This document shows, one piece after another, positions 28,333 to 37,694 of a DNA stretch of 64,000 nt. The notes beneath the pieces were generated by a model, which saw nothing but the letters and a program-made list of their open reading frames with translations, was not told where the DNA came from and ran no database searches. Location of the stretch: NCBI GenBank assembly GCA_040768745.1, contig JAXGMI010000001.1, forward strand, positions 1,248,001 through 1,312,000. Reading direction: 5' to 3'. The stretch comes from Desulfomicrobium sp. (GTDB taxonomy: Bacteria > Desulfobacterota > Desulfovibrionia > Desulfovibrionales > Desulfomicrobiaceae). Made by a program: the position numbers and the translations under genes. Each line of letters begins with the position of its first letter. Position 1 is the first letter of the stretch.

Positions 28333-29639
28333 TGGGCGCGATATCCCCCGCCGAAGTTGCATTGGTGCTGTTTGGCGTTTTCTTTGCCGTGCTTCTCATC
28401 GGCAGTCCGATCATGGTGGCCCTGGGCGTCGCGGCCATGGCCTCCTTTGCCATGGTGGGAACGGACCTCGGGGCCATGATCGAAATGGCGGCTTCATCCT
28501 TGACATCCTTTCCGCTTATGGCGCTGCCGTGCTTTGTGCTGGCAGGGTCGCTCATGGAGGCCGCCGGAGTTTCGCGAAGGCTGGTGCATATCGCCGAGAA
28601 CATCGTCGGCCCGATTCCGGGCGGTCTGGCCGTCTCCACTGCGCTGGCCTGCGTGTTTTTCGGGGCCATTTCCGGCTCGGGCCCGGCCACGACCGCGGCT
28701 GTGGGCATGCTCATGATCCCGGCCATGGTCAACCGCGGGTATGACAAGGGGTACGCGGCCGCCGCAACGGCAACTGCCGGCGGAATCGGCATCATCATTC
28801 CGCCGAGCATACCCATGGTCATTTACGGTGTTTCCGGTCAGCAGAGCATTGCCAAAATGTTCATGGGCGGGTTCATTCCCGGCACAATGATCGCTCTGGC
28901 TTTCAGTGCCGCGCATCTGTATTTTTGCAGAAATCTCGATACCAGCGGGCTGCAGCGTTGGTCTGTATCCAGCCTGCTGCGGGCGCTGAAGGACGGCATT
29001 TGGTCCATGCTGGCGCCCATAATCATCCTGGGCGGCATTTACGCTGGGTTCTTCACGCCGACCGAAGCCGCCGTAGTCGCCATTTTCTATACCCTCTTCG
29101 TGGGCGTATTCATTCACAGGGAATTGAAATTCCATGAATTCATGAGCGCATTGAAGACAACGTCGTGGCTCACTGGCCGAGTCCTGGTCATTGTCTTCAC
29201 CGCATATGCCTTTGGCCGTCTGCTGACCGAGTACCGCATCCCCATAATGATTGCGGACTGGATACTGGGATTTACAACCCAGGTGTATGTGGTGTGGTTC
29301 TTTGTTGTCGCTCTGCTCATCTTCCTGGGCATGTTCATGGAAACATTGGCCATAATCCTGCTGGTGACGCCGGTGCTCCTGCCTGTCATGGTCGCCTATG
29401 GAGTCGATCCCATTCACTTCGGTGTTGTCTTGATCTGCTGCGTGGCTGTTGGTTTCTCCACTCCTCCCCTTGGGGAAAACATTTTCATCGCATCCGGCAT
29501 CTCGGATATGTCTCTCGAACAAATCGCGTTGAAAGCCCTGCCCTTTGTTTTGATCAACATCGCTGTCATAGCGCTATTGATCATCTTCCCGGATCTTGTC
29601 CTGTATTTGCCGAGCCTGATTGATGTCACTCTGCAATAA
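28332..29639 (+). CDS. TRAP transporter large permease (DctM; TauM-like by context)
   Basis: FGAISGSGPAT, IIIPPSIP, FTPTEAA, GVDPIHFG, TPPLG; TAATG overlap with dctQ. Confidence 0.92.
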   Translation: MGAISPAEVALVLFGVFFAVLLIGSPIMVALGVAAMASFAMVGTDLGAMIEMAASSLTSFPLMALPCFVLAGSLMEAAGVSRRLVHIAENIVGPIPGGLAVSTALACVFFGAISGSGPATTAAVGMLMIPAMVNRGYDKGYAAAATATAGGIGIIIPPSIPMVIYGVSGQQSIAKMFMGGFIPGTMIALAFSAAHLYFCRNLDTSGLQRWSVSSLLRALKDGIWSMLAPIIILGGIYAGFFTPTEAAVVAIFYTLFVGVFIHRELKFHEFMSALKTTSWLTGRVLVIVFTAYAFGRLLTEYRIPIMIADWILGFTTQVYVVWFFVVALLIFLGMFMETLAIILLVTPVLLPVMVAYGVDPIHFGVVLICCVAVGFSTPPLGENIFIASGISDMSLEQIALKALPFVLINIAVIALLIIFPDLVLYLPSLIDVTLQ

Positions 29640-29740
29640 TGGTGTTGGTGTTTTGTGGAATGGAGACATATGCGCAGGTTCAATTTCGGGAGTGGTTCTC
29701 GACCAGGGGCCTTGGCGCAAATAACTGCAAGGAGATTTGA

Positions 29741-30748
29741 ATGAAAAGAAGCATCGTTCTCATCGTGATGGCATTGTTCGTCGTCTGTTCAACGGCCGCA
29801 TGGGCCGCTCCGAGTCTGGTTCTCAAAATGGCTGCCGGCGATCCCAAGGATTCGGAAATGGGCGTGGTCGGGGATGCGTTCAAGAAATACGTCGAAGAGA
29901 AATCCAAAGGCGCCATAGAGGTTCAGACTTTTTATTCCGGAGCCCTTGGCGATGAAACCGAAACCATCCACAACGTGCGACGCGGCACCCTGGACCTGAC
30001 CTGCGTGGGCATTGCCAACGCCGTTCCTTTCGTCAAGGAACTGGGCATGCTGACCCTGCCCTACATGTTCAGCAACCTGGATGAAGTTGTGGCGGCCACG
30101 AATGGCGAGTCGGCAAAAATCCTGACTGACTATTCTCTGAAAGGCGGTTTCCGTCCCCTGACCTGGACCTATACCGACTTCCGCTACATTTCCAATGCCA
30201 AGCGTCCCATCACGAAAATGTCTGATGTCGTGGGCTTGAAGTTCCGCGTGCCCCAGAGCGCCGTGCTGCTTGCCGCCTACAAGTCCTGGGGCGCCAGCCC
30301 GGTTCCGATCTCCTGGGCGGAAACCTTCACCGCCCTGCAGCAGGGCGTGGTCGACGGCCAGTGCTATGGCTACATCGGATTCCGGGCCATGAAGTTCAAT
30401 GAGGCCAACCAGAAGTATATCACGGAGATCCACTATACCTATCAGCTGCAACCGCTGCTCATGAGCGAACGCGTGTTCAAGAAGATGACCCCTGAGCAGC
30501 AGCAGCTCATGATCGATGCGGGCAAGGCCGCGCAGGATGCAGTGCTCAAGTACCAGATCGAACAATCCTCCAAGGCCAAAGAAGACCTTGTCAAGGTGGG
30601 GGTTGTGGTCTCCCAGCTGGAAAATGAAGAGGAGTGGAAAAAGGCGGCTGTGGGAAAGGTGTGGCCAGAGATGGCAGATTTTGTCGGCGGCAAGGACGCC
30701 ATCAATGCATTCCTGAAGAGCTTCGGCAAGCCGGAGTGGAAGCCTTAA
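29741..30748 (+). CDS. TRAP transporter substrate-binding protein (DctP; TauK-like by context)
   Basis: Signal peptide; GLKFRVP, WAETFTALQQGVVDG. Confidence 0.92.
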   Translation: MKRSIVLIVMALFVVCSTAAWAAPSLVLKMAAGDPKDSEMGVVGDAFKKYVEEKSKGAIEVQTFYSGALGDETETIHNVRRGTLDLTCVGIANAVPFVKELGMLTLPYMFSNLDEVVAATNGESAKILTDYSLKGGFRPLTWTYTDFRYISNAKRPITKMSDVVGLKFRVPQSAVLLAAYKSWGASPVPISWAETFTALQQGVVDGQCYGYIGFRAMKFNEANQKYITEIHYTYQLQPLLMSERVFKKMTPEQQQLMIDAGKAAQDAVLKYQIEQSSKAKEDLVKVGVVVSQLENEEEWKKAAVGKVWPEMADFVGGKDAINAFLKSFGKPEWKP

Positions 30749-30814
30749 CTCACTGAAGAGTTTGCCGGTCCGACTTCGCAGGAAGCTGGACCGGCAAGTT
30801 TCATGGGAGAATGT

Positions 30815-31645
30815 ATGTCACACGCCTCTTCTGACGAGCCTTTCTCCTGTTTGCAGGCCGTCGTCATGGACTGGGCCGGCACGACAGTTGATTTCGGTTG
30901 CCAGGGCCCGGTGCAGGCCTTTGTGGAATGCTTTGCTGCTTTTGGGGTTGAGGTAACCGTGGCCGAAGCCCGGGAGCCCATGGGTATGGGTAAAAGGGAA
31001 CACGTGGCCGCCATGTGCGCCATGCCGCGCATAGCCGATGCGTGGAGGACGGTGCATGGAGCGCCCCCATCCGTTGCGGATATCGATCGTATCTACAAGC
31101 GGGTGGAAAGCGTCATGGTCGAAGTCATCCAGCGCTACAGTGTGCCCATGCCAGGTGTGGTGGATGCCGTGGCGGCCATGCGGCGGCAGGGACTGCGCAT
31201 TGGTTCCTGCACAGGGTATCCCAGGTCCGTGGGCGAGATTCTCGCGGAACGCGCCCGGGAATTTGGTTATGAGCCTGATGTGCTGGTCTGTGCGACTGAT
31301 GTGTCCCACGGCAGGCCGGAGCCTGACATGTGTTTGAAGGCACTGAAGGACATGAACCTTCAGGACCCTGCCCGGGCCGTGAAGATCGGCGATACGGTCA
31401 ATGATGTCCTTGAAGGGCTGCGGGCCGGAATGTGGGTGATAGGGCTGACTTTGTCCGGGAGTCTGGCCGGCTTGACAGAGGAAGAGCTGCGGCAGCTCCC
31501 TGAAGCGCAGAAGTGGCTGATGCACAACAAGATTGGTGACCTTCTGGCGAATGCCGGAGCGCATTTCACCGCGCCGGATCTGCCTTCGTGTCTCTCCATT
31601 CTGAGCAAAATAGACGAGCACTGCCAGAATAACTACACGCCATAA
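30815..31645 (+). CDS. phnX: Phosphonoacetaldehyde hydrolase (phosphonatase)
   Basis: DWAGTTVDFG nucleophile loop, PMGMGKREH (Schiff-base Lys and His), GRPEP, KIGDTVND. Confidence 0.88.
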   Translation: MSHASSDEPFSCLQAVVMDWAGTTVDFGCQGPVQAFVECFAAFGVEVTVAEAREPMGMGKREHVAAMCAMPRIADAWRTVHGAPPSVADIDRIYKRVESVMVEVIQRYSVPMPGVVDAVAAMRRQGLRIGSCTGYPRSVGEILAERAREFGYEPDVLVCATDVSHGRPEPDMCLKALKDMNLQDPARAVKIGDTVNDVLEGLRAGMWVIGLTLSGSLAGLTEEELRQLPEAQKWLMHNKIGDLLANAGAHFTAPDLPSCLSILSKIDEHCQNNYTP

Positions 31646-31789
31646 CCAATCCATCGGCATCAGATTGCTCGTAAACATGATCGACCGATCAGATTGATGG
31701 CTGTATGACAGGAATTTTGGCATCGCAGCGATGTCTGTGCGAGCGTCCGACGTTGCCGATCCAAGAAACGTATCACGCTCATCCTCCTG

Positions 31790-31824
31790 GGGCCTTTGGA
31801 CCGATGTCCAGGGCCCTTTTTTTT
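31790..31824 (+). terminator. Terminator after phnX
   Basis: GGGCCTTTGGAC-CGAT-GTCCAGGGCCC followed by T8. Confidence 0.8.
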
Positions 31825-31921
31825 CGCAGTTTTTGGCTGCAGTTTTCGGCACCTACCCATAAATAAGCCTGCTTTGTGCCGGATTGGCGAAATTCCCTCC
31901 GCCTTGTGCGCAGGAGGGCAC

Positions 31922-33797
31922 CCCAAGTTTGACAGCAATATCGAGCTTATTTGTTTAAAATTAGGATATTATCGCTTCGGCGCTAGTTGGAGTTTACACT
32001 ACATTTCCTTTTTCTCCACGGGTCGGGATCGGCGGGACTCCCAGAGCACGCAGGATCTTTTTCTGCGCGTCCGTGGGGCGACTAGGAGTCATCAGCGTCT
32101 CCTCTCCGACCATGATCTCCCCCATCTTGATCTGACGCAGAAGGCGGATGGCTGTCGGCACAGACACTGCCATTCCTTTGAGCTTGTTGCGCATCCAGCG
32201 CTCTAACTGCAATGCGATCACGCAGACAAACACATGTGCCCTGATTCGCTCCTCAGTCCAGTGATACACAGGGCGTAGTTCCAAGGTGCTTTTGAGCGCT
32301 CTCCATCCCCGTTCAATTTCAGCAAGCTCTTTGTAATGTTTGATAATGTCTGCGCATGGTGCATCCATGTCGGTTGTTTCGAGAAGCAAGACGCCATCGA
32401 TCTTTTCCTCCCAAGCCCTGCGTTTCCTGTGGGCCTTGACGATGACCTGATCCTGAGTGAGCGCAACTTGGAACAATGAGAGCAAGCCCTTGTCACGCAG
32501 GTAATCCCTGATGCGGTCGTATTGACCCTGTGGGCTTGGTTTGCGTCCCTTGCCTGACCTTGGGGCGAGTATTTCCCGGATCTTGGCATCGGCCTTGGCA
32601 AGGCGCTCCTGGCGGTTCGCCTTGGTTTCGGCTGCGATCTTCGGAGAATAGGCCATAACGAACCGGACCCCGCTGCGAACTTCCTCGACAATCTCCTCGT
32701 CCTGCCCATTAAACGAGATCTTAAGACGCAACGCCTCGATCACGCTCCGCGCCTCCTCTCCACGACGCAATGGATGCGCCACGATGAAGCCGAATTCCTC
32801 GGCCAGCAACGTCTCGAGATTTTGGTCCGAGAGCATTCCCCTGTCCCCGACAAACACCACGCTGCGTAGCTTGAAGCGAGTCTTCAGATCCTTCACCACC
32901 TCAACCACAGTGGTCTTATCCACGGTGTTCCCCGGAAAGACATGGTGGCAAAGCGGTATGCCGTCCTTGCCCATGACCACGCCGATGGTGATTTGGCGCC
33001 GATCAAACCGGCCATCGCGACTGTATCCGAAGCGCCGAATGTCATCCTCCACCAACGATCGATCCCCGTCGAACCATGTGGAAGTGATGTCATAGAAGAG
33101 CAGGTCGCCTTCCCAATGCGCCTTGGGCATGAAGCGCTTGGCTATCAAGGGCTCCAAAGCTTCCTTCGCATCCAGCAATCTATCCATGGCGCGCAGGAGA
33201 TGGTGATAGGCCGGGCGGTGTTGCTCAAATCCAGAAAGCCAGACGCCATCGAGCCAATCCAGTAGCGCCAGTTTGGAGCACGGATCGCAGAGTCGATTGA
33301 CGATCAGCAACTTGATCAGTTCAGCATAATCCATCCCGGCCCCGGTCTTTACTCCTGCACGGGCCAGGGCTTTGGAGAGTCCCAGGATTTCCCAGAGATG
33401 TTTGACCGCGTGAACATGTCCGAAATCACGTGCAAACGTGAGGAGCGGCGGTCCAGTCTGAACCGGGTCTCGACCGAGAGCTTTCTGGAAGCCAGCGATG
33501 AGTCTCTCGACCTGGTCTTCGCCCAAACTCTCGATAGTGCCGAGATGAGCCAGGATGCGTGTGCGCGGAGATCCGCCTTTCTCGGGATCACGGAAAGATT
33601 CCGCGATCTGAAGATGGCGGTAGACTTTGTCGCCTCGTTTCTGCTTGGCTATTCGTACAAACATAAACTACGAGTAGCATTATTATTCATGAATAGCAAT
33701 GTTTATGTCTATTTTGTACGTACTACAAATTGGGCATTAAAAAACAATATAAGTCATAACTTCGAGGTGTTAGCCTCAGGCCGCTGTCAAACTTGGG
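31922..33797 (-). mobile_element. Complete IS1634-family insertion sequence (1876 bp)
   Basis: Perfect 15-bp TIRs CCCAAGTTTGACAGC (31922-31936) and GCTGTCAAACTTGGG (33783-33797); 6-bp TSD GGGCAC at 31916-31921 and 33798-33803. Confidence 0.92.
31994..33664 (-). CDS. IS1634-family DDE transposase
   Basis: RLCDPCSKL, YDITS, GYSRDGR, FPGNTVD, VGDRG, IERGWRALK..LRPVYH..RIRAHVF. Confidence 0.92.
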   Translation of the reverse strand: MFVRIAKQKRGDKVYRHLQIAESFRDPEKGGSPRTRILAHLGTIESLGEDQVERLIAGFQKALGRDPVQTGPPLLTFARDFGHVHAVKHLWEILGLSKALARAGVKTGAGMDYAELIKLLIVNRLCDPCSKLALLDWLDGVWLSGFEQHRPAYHHLLRAMDRLLDAKEALEPLIAKRFMPKAHWEGDLLFYDITSTWFDGDRSLVEDDIRRFGYSRDGRFDRRQITIGVVMGKDGIPLCHHVFPGNTVDKTTVVEVVKDLKTRFKLRSVVFVGDRGMLSDQNLETLLAEEFGFIVAHPLRRGEEARSVIEALRLKISFNGQDEEIVEEVRSGVRFVMAYSPKIAAETKANRQERLAKADAKIREILAPRSGKGRKPSPQGQYDRIRDYLRDKGLLSLFQVALTQDQVIVKAHRKRRAWEEKIDGVLLLETTDMDAPCADIIKHYKELAEIERGWRALKSTLELRPVYHWTEERIRAHVFVCVIALQLERWMRNKLKGMAVSVPTAIRLLRQIKMGEIMVGEETLMTPSRPTDAQKKILRALGVPPIPTRGEKGNVV

Positions 33798-33882
33798 GGG
33801 CACACCGGCCTTTGTAGCCATTCCAGGGCCTTTCAGCTAAGCAAGGCCATGCAAAAAGCCACGCATCCCCATCTGCGGGGGA

Positions 33883-34785
33883 ATGTCTGATCATGTCACC
33901 CGGTCCGGCAAAACTGCCATGATAGAGCCTTGGCGCGCACTCTGCCAGCTTTGCAACGAACTCTTGGCGGTGCCCGGCAGCTGGTGGCAGCGTATCACTG
34001 CCGACCGGGAAGCCGTCCTGCGCGTGGACGAAGATTGTATTGAGGTTCGCCTGCACGGCAATGTGTTGCTGACGGTAGAGCCGCGCGGCACTGGCCTGCA
34101 TTGCCGCATTGCACCGGAATACCTCCTCCTTTGCCATCCAGGCAGCAGGGCGGTGTTGTGTCAAGAAGGGTGCGCCCCGGAGTTGGCGGGCATTGCCTCC
34201 CTGGATGATCTGGCCACGCGGTACGCGCACGTCCGGCGCAGGGCCTGCAGGCATGTGGATCGGCGGAGGATGGTCCAGGACCGGATCTTTCTGCGCCACT
34301 CCTGCATCCTGGCGGTGGATGCGCCCTTTGCACCTGGCCGGATCGATCTGGTTGGAGTGAGTCCGGACGGGGTATGTACTTTCTTTTTTGTGCGCCGGTA
34401 TGCCGACGCAGATCTGCGCATGCAGGGTCCTGGTGGCGTGGGGCATCGCATGCGGCAGTGGGATGAATGGCTGCACACGGAGGGCAAGTCGCTTGCCGCA
34501 GTCCGGGGCCTTATGGAGCGGTCCCGCGCCCTTGCAGGACCGCAAAACCGGCGGTATTTCCGCGTTGCAGACAACATTTCGGTTTCAATGCGCACCCGAT
34601 TGCTGATCGTCGATTTTGACCATGCCCAACGGTTTTCAGGGCTGCCGGGTCTGCTCTCCATCCTGCAGGACGGACTTGACCGTCCGTTGCGGAGAGACGA
34701 TATTATCTGTGCCGGCGATCCAGGCAACATTTCCCAGGGGATCCTTTTTGACGGCATCAGATGCGTTGGGGCCCGCAGGCTCTGA
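33883..34785 (+). CDS. Hypothetical protein, possibly a degenerate PD-(D/E)XK fold
   Basis: 300-aa ORF in line with hsp20; GRIDLVGV motif; start may be 33919. Confidence 0.6.
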   Translation: MSDHVTRSGKTAMIEPWRALCQLCNELLAVPGSWWQRITADREAVLRVDEDCIEVRLHGNVLLTVEPRGTGLHCRIAPEYLLLCHPGSRAVLCQEGCAPELAGIASLDDLATRYAHVRRRACRHVDRRRMVQDRIFLRHSCILAVDAPFAPGRIDLVGVSPDGVCTFFFVRRYADADLRMQGPGGVGHRMRQWDEWLHTEGKSLAAVRGLMERSRALAGPQNRRYFRVADNISVSMRTRLLIVDFDHAQRFSGLPGLLSILQDGLDRPLRRDDIICAGDPGNISQGILFDGIRCVGARRL

Positions 34786-34797
34786 CGTGGAGGGATT

Positions 34798-35256
34798 ATG
34801 TCCGATCTGCATCTTTGGCACAGCACAGAACTTGGGAAACTCCGGCGGGACATGGAGGAACTTTTCGAGTCCTTTGTGCGTGATTTTTGCAGCCCCGTGG
34901 ATCTGCGTCTGCTGCGTTGTGACCCGGCGGTGCGGATTGTCAGCGAGGGCGATACCATCATCGTCACGGCCCAGATTCCCAACCTCGACCCAAAGTCCCT
35001 GAAGGTGACAGTGTCCGGAAACGTGTTGTCGATCACCGGAGAGAAGGTTGAAGAGGAAAAGGCGGAACAGCATTTCAGTATTTCCAGGCAGGGTTTTTCC
35101 AGCGCTGTCCGTTTGCCCTGTCAGGTTGACGCGCAGCAGGTCAGGGCCCATTACGCCAAGGGAGAATTACGCGTCTTCCTGCCCAAGAAGACGGCGCGGT
35201 CTGCAGTCAGGCTGAACATGGACCGCTTCAAACATGAGCGAGGTGAGGATGAGTGA
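34798..35256 (+). CDS. Hsp20/alpha-crystallin small heat-shock protein
   Basis: LKVTVSGNVLSITGEK, FSSAVRLP..V.AHYAKGELRVFLPK. Confidence 0.88.
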   Translation: MSDLHLWHSTELGKLRRDMEELFESFVRDFCSPVDLRLLRCDPAVRIVSEGDTIIVTAQIPNLDPKSLKVTVSGNVLSITGEKVEEEKAEQHFSISRQGFSSAVRLPCQVDAQQVRAHYAKGELRVFLPKKTARSAVRLNMDRFKHERGEDE

Positions 35257-37675
35257 GGAACGGGAATTGCGACCTGAAGCATTGCGGTGGACCCTTGATC
35301 CGTCCACCCTGCCTTTCGAGACCACAGCCGAGCTAGAGCCCCTGGACGAGATCCTCGGCCAGGAAAGGGGGGTGGGAGCCTTGCATTTCGGCATTGGCAT
35401 CCGTCGTCCCGGCTACAACATCTTCGTTACCGGGGCTCCGGGCAGCGGTCGCATGGACGCGGTCAGGAACGTGTTGTCCAAGGCTGCCGGGGGCGGAAAT
35501 ACGCCTGGTGACCTTTGCTATCTGAACAACTTCAAGAATCCCGAGGCGCCGATCCTCATCCGCCTGCTGCCTGGTCAGGGCGCAAAGCTCAAAAAGGACA
35601 TGCAGAGCCTTGTGGAGGAACTGAAGAAGGAAGTTCCCAAACTCTTCGAAAGTCCGGAATATCTGGCCCGCAAGAACGAGATCAACGAGGCCTACGAAAA
35701 AAAGACATCCAGTTTTTTCATCAACCTGGAGAAAAGAGTCAAGGAGGCGGGGTTCGCCCTGGTCACCTTCCAGGGTCGCCAGGGGCAGCCACCCGAGGTC
35801 ATGCCCATCGTCGATGGAGAGCCAACGCCCGTTCTGAAGCTTGAGCAGATGGTCGAGAAAGGACGTTTCCCCAAGGACGAATTCGAGCGGATCAAGGTCA
35901 AGCATATCGAGATCAAGACCGAGATAGATTCCATTTTTCTGCAGATCCGGGCCCTGCAGAAGGAGATTCAGGAGAAGAACAGGCAGGCGGACAAAATCAT
36001 GTTTTCCAATCTGGCAGCTGATCTCATCACCCCCCTGAAGGGTGATTTTGCCTGTGAAAAGCTCGACCAGTACCTGCAGCACATGATTGACGACATGGTG
36101 GACAATATCGCGATCTTTTTCGGGCACGAGCAGCCCCAGGGTGGCGCCATGTCCATGGGAAATCCTTTTGAACAGTATTCGGTCAATGTCCTGGTGGACA
36201 ATTCCGAACAGGTCGGCCCCCCGGTCATCATCGAGGAGTACCCGACATACCGCAATCTTTTCGGCGGTATCGAGCGCATCGTGGACCGCAGCGGGGTATG
36301 GAGGACGGATTTTTCCAAGATCAAGGCCGGATCCTTCATCAGGGCCAACGGTGGATATCTGGTCCTGAATCTCCTCGACGCCATCATGGAGCCAGGGGTT
36401 TGGCAGTCCTTGAAGAGGGCCTTGAAAAGCCGCAGGATGGAAATCCAGACCTACGATCCCTTCTATCTCTTCACCACCTCGGCCATGAAGCCAGAGCCCA
36501 TCGAGATGGACATCAAGGTCATTGTCCTGAGCGACCCGTACGTCTACCACCTCCTGCAATACTACGACGAGGACGTGCCCAAGATTTTCAAGGTTCGGGC
36601 TGATTTCGACTCTACCATGGACAGGACCCAGGATGCGGTGGCCCAGTTTGCCCGGTTCGTCCGCACCCAGTGTCAAGAGAACGGGCTGCGCCCCTTTGAT
36701 CGCTCTGCCGTGGCCGCCTTGGTGGAGGAGGCCGTGCGCATGGGCGGCAGACAGGAGAAAATGGCTGCCACCTTTCCCAAGCTGGCGGACCTGCTCATGG
36801 AGGCAGATTATTTTGCCGGCCAAAACGGCCGGAACGTGATTCTGGGCGAGGATGTGCTGCAAGGCATAGAGACCCGCATCCACCGCTCGAGCCTCATGGA
36901 GGAAAAAATCCAGGACATGATCGACCGCGGGTCCATCATGATCGACACGGATGGGGTCAAAGTCGGGCAGATCAACGGCCTGGCGGTGTACAGCCTGGGT
37001 GAGATGATGTTTGGCAAGCCCAGTCGCATCACCGCCACTACGTCCATGGGCAAGGCCGGGATCATCAATATCGAACGTGAGGCCGACCTGTCCGGAAGCG
37101 TCCACAACAAGGGTGTGCTCATCTTGAGTGGGTATTTGCGGAAAATGTTCGCCCAGGACAAGCCGCTGGCCGTGAGTGCGTCCATCGCCTTCGAGCAGAG
37201 CTATTCCGGAGTTGATGGAGACAGCGCCTCGTCCACGGAAATGTATGCCCTGCTGTCCAGTCTTTCGGGCGTGCCCATCAAGCAGGGCATTGCCGTGACA
37301 GGTTCGGTCAACCAGAACGGCGAGATCCAGGCCATCGGGGGAGTGAATCACAAGATCGAGGGATTTTTTACCTGCTGCAAGGCCAGAGGTCTGACAGGAG
37401 AGCAGGGGGTGCTCATTCCCGAGGCCAATGTCCCCGATCTGATGCTCAAGTCCGAGGTGGTGGAGGCGGTACGGGCTGGCACATTCCACATCTGGTCCGT
37501 GTCCACCATCGAGCAGGGCATCGAAATCCTGACCGGAAAGCAGGCTGGGCCGCCTGAAAAGGATGGGGGCTATCTCGAGGGGAGTATTTATGCCCTGGCG
37601 GACGCCAGGCTGAAGGATTTGGCCCAGGGCATAGTCAATTTCGGCAAGGACGAGAATACACAGCAACAAGCGTGA
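35249..37675 (+). CDS. Lon-family protease (LonC/AAA_32 type)
   Basis: ILGQERG, GAPGSGR (atypical Walker A), GQINGL, DGDSASSTE catalytic Ser, IGGVNHKIEGF. Confidence 0.88.
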   Translation: MSEERELRPEALRWTLDPSTLPFETTAELEPLDEILGQERGVGALHFGIGIRRPGYNIFVTGAPGSGRMDAVRNVLSKAAGGGNTPGDLCYLNNFKNPEAPILIRLLPGQGAKLKKDMQSLVEELKKEVPKLFESPEYLARKNEINEAYEKKTSSFFINLEKRVKEAGFALVTFQGRQGQPPEVMPIVDGEPTPVLKLEQMVEKGRFPKDEFERIKVKHIEIKTEIDSIFLQIRALQKEIQEKNRQADKIMFSNLAADLITPLKGDFACEKLDQYLQHMIDDMVDNIAIFFGHEQPQGGAMSMGNPFEQYSVNVLVDNSEQVGPPVIIEEYPTYRNLFGGIERIVDRSGVWRTDFSKIKAGSFIRANGGYLVLNLLDAIMEPGVWQSLKRALKSRRMEIQTYDPFYLFTTSAMKPEPIEMDIKVIVLSDPYVYHLLQYYDEDVPKIFKVRADFDSTMDRTQDAVAQFARFVRTQCQENGLRPFDRSAVAALVEEAVRMGGRQEKMAATFPKLADLLMEADYFAGQNGRNVILGEDVLQGIETRIHRSSLMEEKIQDMIDRGSIMIDTDGVKVGQINGLAVYSLGEMMFGKPSRITATTSMGKAGIINIEREADLSGSVHNKGVLILSGYLRKMFAQDKPLAVSASIAFEQSYSGVDGDSASSTEMYALLSSLSGVPIKQGIAVTGSVNQNGEIQAIGGVNHKIEGFFTCCKARGLTGEQGVLIPEANVPDLMLKSEVVEAVRAGTFHIWSVSTIEQGIEILTGKQAGPPEKDGGYLEGSIYALADARLKDLAQGIVNFGKDENTQQQA

Positions 37676-37694
37676 ACCTGAAGGAGCGGAAGCA

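Noticed and set aside
31660..31782. Short minus-strand ORF or possible sRNA after phnX
   Set aside because: RBS spacing is poor, there is no recognisable family, and it is explained as the 3' UTR before the terminator.
35333..37669. 778-aa antisense ORF (likewise 41629-43620, 24802-26199, 54316-55674, 47708-48919, 14570-15775, 23037-24260)
   Set aside because: Each mirrors a well-supported gene on the opposite strand.
35249..37675. Walker A Lys-to-Arg change as a sign of pseudogenisation
   Set aside because: A degenerate ATPase motif is typical of LonC-type proteases, and the Ser-Lys dyad region is intact.
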